A program made the position numbers and the translations under genes. The notes beneath the pieces were generated by a model. That model saw only the letters and a list, made by a program, of their open reading frames with translations, searched no databases and was not told the origin of the DNA. Shown here in pieces: positions 36,073 through 49,637 of a stretch of 64,000 bases of DNA (position 1 is the stretch's first letter; each line of letters opens with the position of its first letter). This stretch comes from Vicugna vicugna (taxonomy: Eukaryota), in the NCBI GenBank assembly GCA_013265495.1, contig MU058456.1:372001-436000 (forward strand). Direction: 5' to 3'.

Positions 36073-37445
36073 ACATTCAGTCACAAAGTGAGATCGCTAA
36101 GGGAGCGTGTCTGCAGGTGCCTGTTGAAAGCTGTTGCCTCTGTGTAGCTGCGTCCTCTGTGGGTCTGCATGTGCACCTGGTGCTGGGCCAAGACCACTGT
36201 GGGTTGGTCAGCAAGGCCAGAAGCAGGAAGTGCTGGGCGCAGAGCAGAGAAGAGCTGGGACCCTCTTAGTCAACTCTTGGTCAGTCCTTCACTACGTGTG
36301 GCCACAGACACCTTCAGAAAGCAGTGGCAGCTTTGTTACTTTTGCCTTGTAAATCTCACACAAGTTTCTCTTTGGGCCAGTTCTAACCATGCAGGGAGCA
36401 GAATTCAGAGTTCTGGGATCTGTGGTTCCCAGCTTAACTAAGTCTACACAGCATATTCCAACCTAAGATCATACAGTTTTGCAAGTTGTTATCTGGCTTT
36501 TCCCCGCCCTGCCCATTTGACCTAGCAAAAGCATTTTCCTGTATCGCTGTTCCTCTAAATGAATTTGGAAGACGTTCTGATAAACCATTATTTATTTTAA
36601 CCATCTCTCTGTTATTGGCAACTTAGAATGTTTCCTGTTCTATATTACAAAGAGCAATGAAGTAACTCTCTGCATATAAATACAAATGTAAATATTTGTC
36701 AGTATCGCTGACATTTGCTGGGAATGGATTCCTAGAAAGGGGGTTACTGAGTTCAAGGAAGTACATTTCTACAGATCGTGACGATTCCTGCCAAACTACT
36801 TTCCAGAAATGATGTATCAGCTTTCATTCCTCTTAACACTGGGCCCTGGCCAGCCTTGAATACTGTTTTCAATCCTTTCAAATAGTCATTTCTTGATGAT
36901 TTCTGATGCTGATGATCATTACTGCTTGATATTTCAGTGTGAGGTGAGTGGGCTATAATGCTCACCTCCAGCTGGCTGGCTGCCTTCCTCCATGGGCGCC
37001 TATACCTTCAGAAGCTGCATACATGGTGAAAGGGGACAACCTGCTTTGATAGGGAATCCAGCATTTTCAGACAATAACTTAAGAAAATATATTGCTTAAA
37101 ATGAATTATGTCCTCGATAAACACTGCATACAGGGAAACCTCCATTCTTGTTTCACAAATTAAAAAACAAAACTAAAATAAGAACAAATATCTTCTCCAA
37201 CTATCACTAGCAAACCCCTAGCAGAGTTAAGAATAGTATTTACTTTCCTAAAGTTTTCATGATTTAGGACATTTCAGAGTCTCTATACTGTACCAAAAAC
37301 TAGATTCTGCATCAGACATAGGAAAGGAAAGATGTTTGATTTAGTGCTAAAACACTGAAATGCTGGCCAATTCCCGTGGCAAAGATTTGAATTAATAAGG
37401 CTAGTTTCACGGCACACTATTTTAAATAATCTTTTTGATTTTCAG

Positions 37446-37599
37446 CTTTCTGCAACAGAAATGAAAAATAAAACATGATTGCCTTGTGGAAGCAACCCAA
37501 GGAGAAAAGCTCTTGTGCCCGAGAGCATTGTGCAGGGAGGGACAGAGCAGTCTGGGCTGCATGTTTTCCCAAATTTATATTCCAGCTGAGATGTAACGG
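37446..37599 (+). other. Candidate decayed exon
   Basis: ctttttgattttcag|C...AACGG|gtaggt. Reads FLQQK*KIKHDCLVEATQGEKLLCPRALCREGQSSLGCMFSQIYIPAEM*R. Confidence 0.3.
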
Positions 37600-39229
37600 G
37601 TAGGTGGATAAGCAGTAAGTGGTACGTTGAGGAAAGAAATTAATACTGACTTATCTCCTCTCCAAACTGCATTTCTTATACAGAATCTCAGAATGCTAAT
37701 AAAATAATCTCGTTTCCATTTATCAGAATTAGAGGTGTCTAAATTTCTGATGACTGCTTTGCTTTATGAAATCCTATTTTAGAGTTATCAGACTGTCTGA
37801 GATCTTTAGGAGATTTCTGCCTCAAGTGAGTAAACCAAGAAGCAAACTTCCACTTAACACGTGTAACATCAGAAAAGGCCGAGCTACCAGGGACATGGCG
37901 GAGATGACCAGGGGTCCTCAGAGTGCCCCACAAACAGCGGTAACAACATCCCTTGGGAAATGATCAGACATGCAAATTCTCAGGCCCAGCTCAGACCTAC
38001 TACACCCAAAACTCTGAGGGTAGGGCTGGGCAATTTGTTTAACAAGCCCTCTGAGGCATGCTGAAGTTTACTTAAGGACTACTGATCTAGGCTGATGCCT
38101 TTATTCCGTAGGTGAGAACACTGAAGCCCGGAGAGGTTGGGTAACTTTCCCTAAGTCACATGAAAAGTTAATGGCATAGCAGCACCAGACTCCTAGTCTC
38201 TAGACAATTTCAATCATCTTTCTACAACAAGCAGCTTCTCTGAGTTACGCAGTGAGGATGAAAGTGTGTTTAGCATGTTCTGCCAAGGCAGCCAGCCTGC
38301 CACAGGGTAGTGTATTTAGAAGGGAAAATTTAGTGCTACAAGAAGTAACGTGTACAATACTTAGCCACTAAGAAAATTCATCTCTGGAACAGCCAACCAG
38401 TGCTTCAATGGTCTAGATGAATAAGCTCTTACTATACCTCTGGGTTCGATATTTTAATCATAAGCATTAGAGAAAACTCTATACTGAGATCACAAAAATT
38501 CTCACAGTGATCTGTATAAAATTTGCCCGGTTACCTGTCTCATAAAACATTAAAAACTATGTAGCTCTAACCCTTTGGGGGTATTACCTTGTTCAAATGA
38601 CCTTATTCACTGGAGGCAAGGAAAAAATGGGGAAGTTCCACCAAATTGCTTCCACATAGTTTATTTCTATGATCTCTAATCAAAGGAAATGTTTTCTATT
38701 TCTGAAGGGAAACTCTTGCCTTAATACCAATGGGAACAGAATTTGATGTAACTGATTTTTGTGGTATGTTAAGAATCTCATAGATGATAAAGAAAAACTC
38801 AAGTAATTACTAACTCATATTGTGACCTTACTAAATAATTAAGTTTCTCTTCATTTAATCAAGTTGCATTTCACTAGATGGAAGAAGGGATTTATTTGAT
38901 TGAACTTTTTTCATAGTCAGCAAGCACATCTTAAGTCTTGCAATTATCAAGGGTATGGTACTTCAATTTTAACAGTTTTCTAGTTCAGCAAGGCTCAAAT
39001 TACCCATGTGGCATTGTGTTTCCAAAAATATAGGTCTAACTGCAGAATGTAAGCATGTATCCAACATGCCCAAGATTGGCACTTTTCCTTTAAGTCATGG
39101 ACATGATGGATGCCTTTAGAAAGACTTGCAGCAAATACCTATGGAGTCCTCAAATTCAAAGTTATCTTAATGTGCCACAATGATATTTCAGGAAAACAAG
39201 GATGAGACTGTGGGCAGAACATTATAGAC

Positions 39230-39525
39230 CAGCCCACTAGGAATGGAAGATGAGCCACATGTGCAATTTAAAATTTTCTAGTAGCCACATTAAAAAAGTA
39301 CAAAGAAAGAGGTGAGATTAATTTTAATGATAGTTTTATTTAACCCAATGTATCCAAATGTTATTTCAACAGGTCATCAATGTAAAAATTACAAATGAGG
39401 ATTTACATTCTTTCTTGTATTAATTCTTTGAAATCCACTGTGTATTTTCATACTTACACATGTCTCAGTTCAATGAGCCACATTTCAAGTGCTCACCCAG
39501 TGACTATGGTATTGGATGGCCCAGG
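39230..39525. mobile_element. MER3/MER33-like hAT element
   Basis: aaaattttctagtagccacattaaaaaagta...gccacatttcaagtgctc. Confidence 0.7.
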
Positions 39526-39999
39526 TGTACTCACTAATCAACTGAACATGTTTCTAGATGCTTCCTTTACCTACCTTCACCCTAATCCAGCTTTCAAATT
39601 GTCAAGGTTACCCTCTGATCTCTGTAAGTAACTTTTTTGAAATACCTCTTGGGTTTCATCCTTCATCCTATTCCTCTTTTCTCCACATTCTCTCCCAAAA
39701 CTTCCTACTACAGTTAAAATAAAACCCCAAGTCCTTACTGTGGTTCATAAGGCTCTACAAGATTGACCTATACTCACCTCTCAGACCTCGTTTCCTACTG
39801 GCCTCCTCTCTGTTCACTGGATCCCAGCTCCGATGGTCCTGATTGGACCCCTCTAACCTGCCAAGCTCATCCCTGCCTTAAGGTGTTTCTCTGCTACGGT
39901 TGTTTCTGTTCTCTGAGATCGTCACACACCTGCCTCCTTCTCAATACTGCCACTTAGTTTTCCTCCTCGTGGCATTGACCAGTGCCTGAAATTATCTAT

Positions 40000-40330
40000 A
40001 TGTGCTGTGTTCTGAATGTTTGTGACCCCATCCCAAATTTATAGATGCAAATCTTAACCCCCAAAGGTGGTGGTATTGAGGAGTGGTGACTTTGGGAGGT
40101 GAATGCTATGAATGTCTTTATAAAAGAGGTTCCAGAGAGATCCCTCACCCCTCTGCCTTGTGAGAGCACAGGGAGGAGTCAGCGACCTGGGAGAGACTCC
40201 CTCACTCCACCATGCTGGCATGCCGATTGCAGGCTCCCAGCCTCCAGAACTGTGAGAGACAAATTTCTGTTGTTTATAAGCCACCCAGTCTCTGGTATTT
40301 TGTTACAAAAGCCTGATCAGACTAAGATAC
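40000..40330. mobile_element. MLT1A/B-like solo LTR
   Basis: ctgaatgtttgtgacccc...cccagcctccagaactgtgagagacaaatttctgttgtttataagccacccagtc...actaagata. Confidence 0.8.
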
Positions 40331-41189
40331 ATACTTAAGACATGTGTTTCTCACCTGTCTCCCCCTCCTAGTCCTTAAGTTCCCTGTTGAGGGACTTAGC
40401 AGCTTTTGGTCTGTGTTCAGAACAGTAGGTGTTGACACACAGAAGATCCTCATGGATCCAGCCTGGCTGACTTGCTGAGTGCTCTTTGACATTTCAGTAA
40501 ATGCTCTGGGCTGAAAACTATCCTTTTATAAAATCATAGATAATAATTATATGTGTCCTTCCCACCTCACAGGGCTGTTCGTGAGGGTGGCATCAGAATT
40601 ATGTGAGAGCACTTTGAGCACAAAGCTGGCTGTTACTATTTTATGAAAGGATTATCTCATGATTCCTTTGGACCACGTTCCTGTTTACATATTTTAGGGT
40701 CATGAAAATACTATAAATGAGTGACACTTTACATCTATGTGGTTATTCGAGGAAACCGATGCTCTACTGCTGTGTAGGGCAAACACTGCCCTTTCCTGTC
40801 TTCTAATTTCATAAATGAAAGAGGACCTTGTACAGCCTCCTAGGAAACCAGCTATTCTTTTCATAATGATGAAGAGTCTGTAGGGAAGTAGATCTGTTTG
40901 TTTGCCCTTTGCCCGTGCCCTGGAAAAGGGGACAAGCACAGAGCACTTGCCATATCTTCTGAGAATGTAAACCCCCAAATTCCAAATACAGGAAACTGGA
41001 CTTCAGAACTGGCACATTTCACATATCACTAAATGGATGTCAGAGGGTAATAACTTTTCACTGCTCCTTAACTAAGCTGCTCAAAGTAGTTGTTTCCAAC
41101 CCTCCCCTTCCTTCATCCCTCCTTTCCTTCCTCTTTCTTTCTCCCCTCCTCACCAGCCCATCTCTCTTCCTTTCATTTGCAATCATCTT

Positions 41190-43700
41190 TTAAGATTTGA
41201 TTTTTTAAGAGCAGTTTTAGGTTCGCAGCAAGATTAAAAGGAAGGTTCAGAGAGTTCCCATATACTCCCCACCCCGACCCATGTATAACCTCCCCCCTTA
41301 TCAACATCCCCCGCCACCCCCAGCATAGTGGTACATTTGTTACAACTGATGAACCTACGTTGGCATGTCACTGTCACCCAGAGTCCATAGTTTACATGAC
41401 AGTTCACTCTTGGTGTTGTACATTCTGTAGGTTTGGACAAATGTATAAAGACGCGTATCATCACTGTAGTGCCATCCAGAGCATTTTCAGTGTCCTAAAA
41501 ATCCTCTCTGATATTTTTACTATCTCCATAGTTTTACCTTTTCCAGGATGTCATATAGTTGGAACCATAATATATGTAGTCTTTTCAGATTGGCTTCTTT
41601 CACTTCTAATATGTCTTTTAAGGTTCTTCCATGTTTTCTCATGGTTTGATAGCTCATTTCTTTTTAGCACTGAATAATATCCCATTGTCTGGATGTACCG
41701 AAGTTTATTTATCCATTCACTTGGATACTGAAGAACATGTTGGTAATTTCCAGTTTCGGCAATTCTTAATAAAGCTGTTATAAATATTCATGTATAGGTC
41801 TTTATCTGGGCATAAGTTTTCAATTCCTTTGCGTAAATATCAAGGAGCATGATTGCTGGATCATATGGTAGCAGTATGTTTAATTTTGTAAGAAGCTGCC
41901 AAACTGTCTTCCAAAGTGGCTGCACCTCTGCACTTCCATCAGCAATGAGTAAGAGTCCCTGTGGCTCCACACCCCACCAACATCTGTTGTTGTTAGTGCT
42001 CCAGACTAGGGACACTCTCATGGGTGTGTCGTGGCATCTCACTGTTGTTTTAATTTGTACCTCCCTGGTGACATATGAGATGCAGCATCTTTTCAAATGC
42101 TTATTTGACATCTGTATACCTTTTCTAGTGAGGTGTCTATTCAGGTTTTGGCCTAGTTTTTAATCTGGCTGTTTCTTATTATTGAGTTTTGGATAACAGT
42201 CCTTTATCAGGTGTATCTTTTGCAAATATTTTCCCTCAGTTTGTGGCTTGTCTTCCAATTTTCTTGGCACTGTCCTTTGCAGAGCAGAAAATTTTAATTT
42301 TAATAAAGTCTAGCTTATTAATTTTCTTTCATGGATCATGCCTTTGATATTGCATCTAAAAAGTCATCACCATTCCCGAAGTCATCTCGTTCTTCTCCTA
42401 TGTTCTAGTTTAAAGTTTTTTGTTTTGCATTTAGATCTGTGATCCAATGTGAATAAATTTTTTGTGAAAGGTGTAAGGTCTGTGTCTAGATTTGTTAGCT
42501 TGCATGTGGATGTCCAGCTGTTCTAGCACCTTGTGTTGAGAAGACTATCTTTCACTCCATTCTTTTTCTTTTTTAAATAGATATCTTTAGCAACTTGGCT
42601 GAATATTCTTGAGAATTATTTTAAAAGCAATCAAAACCCTGCTTCCTCTCAAAGTAAAATACAATTTCCTGAATGCCTCATCATTTTAAAACTTTATAAA
42701 TTCTTTATTGCAACAAATTTCTCACACTTAAAGTGGTCCTTTTCTTTTTTTGCCCTTTAACTTGAATGTTAGTTTCTATGAACAAAATATTCTGTTCAAA
42801 ATCCACTTTTCCCTTAAAATTTTGAGAAGGTTTCCTGCTGTCTGTTAGCAACCAGTGTTTCTGATAAGAAGTCTGATGCCATATTGATTCTTATTCTAAG
42901 TGATCTTTTCTCTCTCTTTCTCTCTCTGCATCTCTCTTTGTGGAAACTCTCTCTTTATCCTTGGTATACTGAAATGTCATCAAGATGTGTCTATTCCAAT
43001 CTGCTTAGCATTCTGTGGGCCCTCTAAATCTGAGAACATGTGTCACTGTTCAGCTCTGGGAAATTTTCTTATATTAATATTTGATTTCTTACTCTGACAG
43101 TTTTAATAGTCTCACATTCTGGAGTTCCTTTTAAACCACTCCCACTCTCTTAGTTATGTTTTTCTACATGATTTCGGCAGTGGTTTTCTCAACTAGTGTG
43201 ATCACATCATTTCTTTTGGGGGTTTCTTCAACATTTCTGGATTGCTGGTAACACATAATTCTGCTTTTCCAGGGCTGATACTCTGTGTGTGTGTGTGTCC
43301 GTTTCTTGAGATTTGAGGCTGGGAGTTAGAAATACGTAACTAATCTACCGTATTGATACAGGTTACCAAGTGATCATTTCTCTGAGGCTGGATCTTGCCT
43401 GTCCTACAAAGAGAGGTTCCCTGTTTGGGATTTCACAATACCTTCCTCAGACAAACTTTTGGAAGAAGTATGACTTTTGTGGATGTAAGATAAAAATTAT
43501 TCCTTTATTGCTTTGGTTCCATGGAAGCCAACCTTGGCCATTCCAGTCTGTTATGTTCCTTTTGGGGTTCTACTTTCTGTTCATATTTGTGACTGTTCTT
43601 AATATTCTCTTATTTTATATGTTATATAAATACAGTCATCACAGGAAGATAGGGTTCAGTTTTTTTTTCCTGTAATTCCTGAAAAGAGATAGCTCTTTTC
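41190..43700 (-). mobile_element. Old L1M fragments (3' end/ORF2 to ~42560, then 5'/ORF1-like)
   Basis: Degenerate ORF2 peptides QIKTTVRCHDTPMRV and [24 protein letters not shown]. Confidence 0.8.
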
Positions 43701-43899
43701 TCTGGCTCGGGGCTGGAGGTAGGGGGCTTTTAAAAACATGCTGCTTGGAGAATTAACCATTATGTCAGTAACACCTTTATAAGCTCTAGACATTTTAAGG
43801 GAAGAGGGATCATTAGAGAAAGAAAGTGGTCATGCTTCTCAACTCTATAGTCTGGGAACCAGTCAAAGGAATAATAATGTTCCAGCCAGAGTAATCAGA

Positions 43900-44095
43900 G
43901 CAGATATGGCTAATAGGTTTCAACTTGAGTTGAAATAAATGATTGATAGGGGCTGCCTGGAGCACAGCTGTGTTGGAAAGGATTTTGAGGTCACATCTGG
44001 GTTCACAGGACAAAGTGTGATTAATGATGTCTGCCAGGGTTGTAAGAAGAGGAGGTGGTGGTGATAGCCATGCCATGTATTTTTAATCCCTGAAT
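43900..44095. mobile_element. MER102-like hAT DNA transposon
   Basis: ggctgcctggagcacagctgtgttggaaaggattttgagg...gattaatgatgtctgcca. Confidence 0.65.
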
Positions 44096-47000
44096 AGAAA
44101 TCTTCTGATGAATAGAACTGTTCATCCATGAGGTTGCCAGATTGCAATCGCAAGATTATGGGCACATACTGACAGCATGGAGATAAGATGCTAATGTTTG
44201 GACCCGTTTTATTCAACTTGTAGTCAGGATGATTTCCTGACACCCTGGAGCTAGTAAGTTGGAGAATGAAGTATGTCATATCTGTATACCTACTGCTTGG
44301 TCCAAACTCAGGCCAGGACCATGCTGCATCCCAGTACAGACACAAACAGGATGTTACACAGAAACATGGGATATTAGGCTGTTTGAATGATCATTCAAGT
44401 AAAAACCTTCCTGTGTTCCAAAAGGCAGGCGTGGATTCTTTTTCAGTTGCTTTATTTTATGCACTGTTCTGTCAGTGTATAAAGATACAAAGAAGAGTGA
44501 TATTTACCCACAATACTTCCAGAGATAAATATTGCTAATATTTTGGCATAGAACCTTCTAGACTGTTTTCTGTGTATATGTTAAAATTTAATGGGATCAT
44601 ACCATGCATCCTATTTTTAACCTAAATTTTTCACTTAACAAAGTCTGGACCTCTTTCTAAGTTAATAATAAAGATGACTGTGTTATACTATCTAACACAT
44701 CAACAATATTTTATTATGTGTATATACCATCATTTATTTCATCAAGCTTCATAGGTTGTTTCTTATAGTTTGGTATCATAAACAACACTTTGATGAAAAC
44801 CCTTTTACATAAGTATTTGTGCATTGATTATTTCCTTAGAGTAATTTTCAAGAAGAGCATTGGCTGGGTCAAATTTATAAATTTTTGTTTTCATTTTGAG
44901 ACTTTTGATAATGTCTTCCAAAAGGTATTAACAACATACTTGATAAATCTTGAAGGGAGTGACGTAGAAAAAACAGTGAATTGTTAGGATCCCCACTCTG
45001 AGTGAAGAGCGTAAGCTGTTCCCCACCCACACACTCACACCATCTCTTTTCCTAATTCATAGGATTATGTAACTTGACTGTAGAGCCCATTATAATTCAA
45101 AACGGCAGCATCCAATTCAGAAGTAGGTACTTGGGGTCTATGCAGTGGAGCCAGATATGATCACAGCGGGTTGCTTCATTCTGCAGACCAAATGCCGCAT
45201 GGTTCCTGCTTTCAGTCTTGGGAGGGACCAAGCATTCTTCCTTGTACTTCCCAGGACATGCTGGGCTCTTGTGCACAAATCATACAGGCCCTCAGCTCCA
45301 CTCTGCTGATTCATCTTGGAGGTCATCCACAGGCCTGCAAAGTCTGGGAGGCTGGGGCATAGAGGGCTGGTGAAATCTGGAGGAAGATGAGGCGCCACTT
45401 CCCCACATGAGGGGGGGCAAGGTGGGTGCTGCTCCTCCGAGTGACTATGATAAGGATTTTCGAGTTAGTGACCTTCAGGGAAGACTCAGCTGTTAAAGGG
45501 TCAGGGCAGTGCTCCTTTAACTAAGTGCCCTTCTCTATTCATCCTGAGACACTTCTCTCTTTATCCTGTTCCATTATCTTCTTTGTCCTTGAAGTCCTTT
45601 TTGACCTTCAAAATGTCCCCTTTGTCATTTATGGCATTTGAACAAGTGTTCAGTGTTGTGTATAAATACTGAAATAAAGAAATCACATTTCATAGTATCA
45701 TAAATCATAGTTAACAGTATCTATAAAAAGTAAGGAATTAAAGTTCAGATAATCCATACCTACATATTTTAGAGGGAAAATTGTCTTTGTTTAATTTTCA
45801 AGTGATAGCGTGAATATTTAGTGATTCCAGCTTCAAAGGCTTCATTCTTCCTATAGATTGTTGTGTTGTTGCATTTTTAAAATGGTAACGAGAGCAGCTG
45901 GGGCAGCTACCTCTGCACATTGGAATGCACAGTGAGCAGAGAAGGCACGATGGGAAACTTGTTAGCTCACCCGGTTTGCAGGGCGAGTTTCCAAACACAC
46001 CCAGTCTGAGTAGGTGGCATGAACAGTCATTGTCAGTGATAACTGAGTTTAGTTTCAGACCTAGAAAATCCTAGTGGCAAATACATGTACACACAAACAC
46101 ATGCATGCACACACAGACACAGTCTCCCAGGAGATTAGAAGACAGTACAATTTTCACATTCCATTTGTTTTCTAAAATGATGTTAATAGTAAAAATCTTT
46201 TTCTTTTCTTTCAAAAAGAAAGGATGAAGAATTTAAGGATAAGAAAAATAACCCAAATGATTCAGTAATTGAAAATGAATTGAAACTTAGTTCTGGAGCT
46301 CTTTCACTCAGTTTTATGTTGGGAATTTGTAAAAATTTTGTCTCTATTTACGAAAGTAATAAATACATGCCTGTTGCAGAAAATGTATGTATAGGAGTTT
46401 AAAAAGGAGAATAATAATGACTTATATCCATACCACCCAGATAGTACTCAAATATAAACAGTTTTGTTTCTTCTCCATATATATTTATATGTATAAAATA
46501 ATTATATAAATAAATATGATTATATACATACACATAATATCTCCTCTTTCTTTATCTTCTAAGTTTGGATCAGATTTTATACACATTTTTGTTATCTTGT
46601 TTTATTTTTTAGCCTGAGGTTTTATCATGACAATTTCCTCAAATTATTTAATATTTATTCAGCAACTATTTATTAAGTGCTTACAATGTGTCAGGCATTT
46701 TCCCAGGCACTTGGGATTTATTTAATTAAAAAATAGACCTGACCCATGCCCTCTTGGAGTTTGTAGTCAAATGGGAAGACATGCAAATAAAGAGCAACTT
46801 TAATGGAACAGAAGTAGGTAGTATAACATGGAATAGAAAATGTGAGAGTAGCTCCTGCCTGGGAGGACTTTCTAGAACTGAGCAGATAGCTAAAGGATGA
46901 ATAGAGGTTGGCCTGTCAATATGATTGCTTTTATGGCTACATAACATTCCAATATAATCATACCCCAATTTAACCAGTCTCTTACAACTGCACAGGTAGA

Positions 47001-49557
47001 TTGTATCTGATTCCTTACCATTATAAGTACTTCTGTATATAATATATATATATAATGGACAAGCTTGTACTTAAATCTTTGTCAACATAGCTGGTATTTC
47101 CTCATATCAGATTCCTAGAAATTAAACTACTACGTGAAAGAAAACAAACCTCTTGCTGTTTCTTGGTATGTCCTCCTGAACTGCTTCCCAGAAAGTTTAC
47201 ACTTCTGTACTCCCACACCCCAGGACACGGTAGGACCCAGGATGCTACTCTCTTGCTGCAACTGAACACTGTCATTTAATAAAAGTCACTACGTTGATAG
47301 GCAGACAGGATGTTTAACTGTCTTTTAATAGATCTTTCTTTAATTACCACTGAGCTTAAATAATTCTTTTTGACACGTATTGGCCTTTTGGGTTCTTCTT
47401 TAGTATAATGATCTCTTTATGCCCTTTACCCCATTTTCTATCAGAGGTTAATGGGTTTTTCTTTGTCGGTTGATTTTTAAGAGCTATTTTTATAGTGGGG
47501 ATTATCTGACATGTGTATATGTGTATGTGGATGTGTGTGTGTGTGTGTGTAGAGGGGTGGTTTTAGGACTGATTTGCCCTCCAGATATATCACATTACTT
47601 GGATCATTTATTCCTTGTCACTTTACCAAGCTATGAGCAAGAATGGATGATTATTGAATGAGCACGGATGCTGAGCAGTTGTGGTGAAAGAGTAAGCAAT
47701 CAGGGCATAATCGTGCTTTAGAGTCTCCTGTTCCAAATTTATGAGCATGGGCAGTCCTCTAAAAGGAATGTCAAAAGTCCCACATTGGACAAATATAAAG
47801 ACAGGTAGGGATTTAAGAAAAAGTGACCCTTTATTTACTGACCCACTTAGGTTCATCTCCTAACTACACAAAGCCAAGAAAAGAAAATGCCCGCCTGAGA
47901 GTATCTCCCAGCTGCAGAGGAGGACAGGTCATGGATGCTAAGTGCCAGTGCCAAGGCCAGGTCTGTGGGTCTCTTCTGTCAACCCCAGAGACAAAGATTA
48001 AGAAGGTACCTCACCTGGGAGAAGCAATAGTGGGGCTCGAGAAAGAAGTGGGTATCTAGTTGGTCATCAAAATATCACAAGCCAGGAAGCTTCAGCCTAG
48101 GACTGAGGGCGAGGGACAGGGACCAAGAAGCTCATATCAGGAATTCTTTACTTACCATATTGTCCAGAAGAGATTTTGCTTTAAAGCCTGGGTCAGAGAG
48201 CCTACTTTGATTGGACTCATGTATTTTAGAAAAGAACTTAAAAATCTGTAGGAGTGCTATTAAATTTCCATCTATGACTTAATCCTAACCTTAGAATAAC
48301 TCTAACCTTGAAAATTACCTTCTGCTTCAGTTGTTGGCCCTTATATGTGAAATTTTAAAATTCCTCATTACCTAACTCTAAATTTGATTCCCTTTTCAAT
48401 AAATGTGAACCATGCTATTATATAGAGTTTGAGTATTGTGCTGTTTAACTTGATGTCATTTTACAAACATTTTTCAATTTCATTAAATATCTTCAAAAAA
48501 TGTGTCTTTTAATGACTGTATAGCCTTCCACTAAGTAGGCATATATTAAATTGACCAGTTTCTAAATTGTCTCTTATTTTTAAAATTATAATAAACTCTA
48601 TAACGAGCATCTGTATACGTAACTTTTTTGTGTGTATTTCTGATTTTTTTTCTTAGGATGAAAATTAGAATAGGGCCAGCCTGAAGAATCTTATCCCAAA
48701 TATTTATATTAAAAAAAATTGGTATCATACTATACATATGGATTTCCACCCAGATTTTTCACTTAGCATATTGTAAGCATTATTCCATGTCATTAAATAT
48801 TCATTGAAAACATGATTTTTCTTTGGTGGCCATATGATAATTTACTTTTATGATAATTTAATTTAAAAAAATCATCATTTCTAATTTTTTAGCCATTCTC
48901 TATTATTAAATAATCCAGTTATTTCTACTTTTTTGGTGTTATAAACATTGTTACTGTGAACATATTTGTATATACATTTTACTTAATTACAAAAACAGAA
49001 TAGAATAATGAACTTTCTCCTATTACCAGCTTCAACAATTATCAACACATGCCAATCTTGTTTTGCCTATAACCTCCAAACCTCCATTCCCTAGTGGGTT
49101 ATTTTAAAGCAAATAATCCAGGACATCTTTGCCTCATAAGGCATAATAGGAAAATGGTCATATGAAGCAGATAACAACATTTCAATGTCTTTTTGTTGGA
49201 CATATCTGCAATTTTTAACTCAGCAATTTATTAGAAAAAGCATTAGAAGATTCACAAGAAGTAGAAAACATTATTGAAAATGTGGTTCTCAAGTAAACAC
49301 ACTGTTCTTGATTTTATTTTAGTAAAATTAAATTAATTACAATTAAGTAAAATTTAGGTTATGCCTGATTGAGGACAAAGAGTCGTCATTTGTCCTCTTC
49401 CTCCAAAGACTGAAATAGATGCCCTTCCTAGATAAACAAACATCACCTCTGAATCTTCACAAATGGTGAAGACAGAAGACGTTGAAAATAACTAGAAGGC
49501 CTGTTTACTTTATAAATTGTATACACGGTTTTCTGTAACTTCATCTTACGTTTCTAG

Positions 49558-49637
49558 CGCTGAATCGAGAAAGAAAAAGAGTGAAGGAACGGATCATACG
49601 AGGAGACATTCTTCCGTGTGATCCCCTAGAAAGTCAG
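49558..49637 (+). other. Candidate exon with open frame
   Basis: catcttacgtttctag|CG...AGTCAG|gtagga. Reads LNRERKRVKERIIRGDILPCDPLESQ; purine-rich with 5 CpG in 80 bp. Confidence 0.45.

Noticed and set aside
37446..37470. In-frame TGA as selenocysteine or readthrough
   Set aside because: The remnant exons carry many TAA/TAG stops and frameshifts, and no SECIS was seen; ordinary decay explains it.
43813..44345. Minus-strand ORFs of 87 and 141 aa
   Set aside because: They overlap a MER102-like element and show no protein-like homology.
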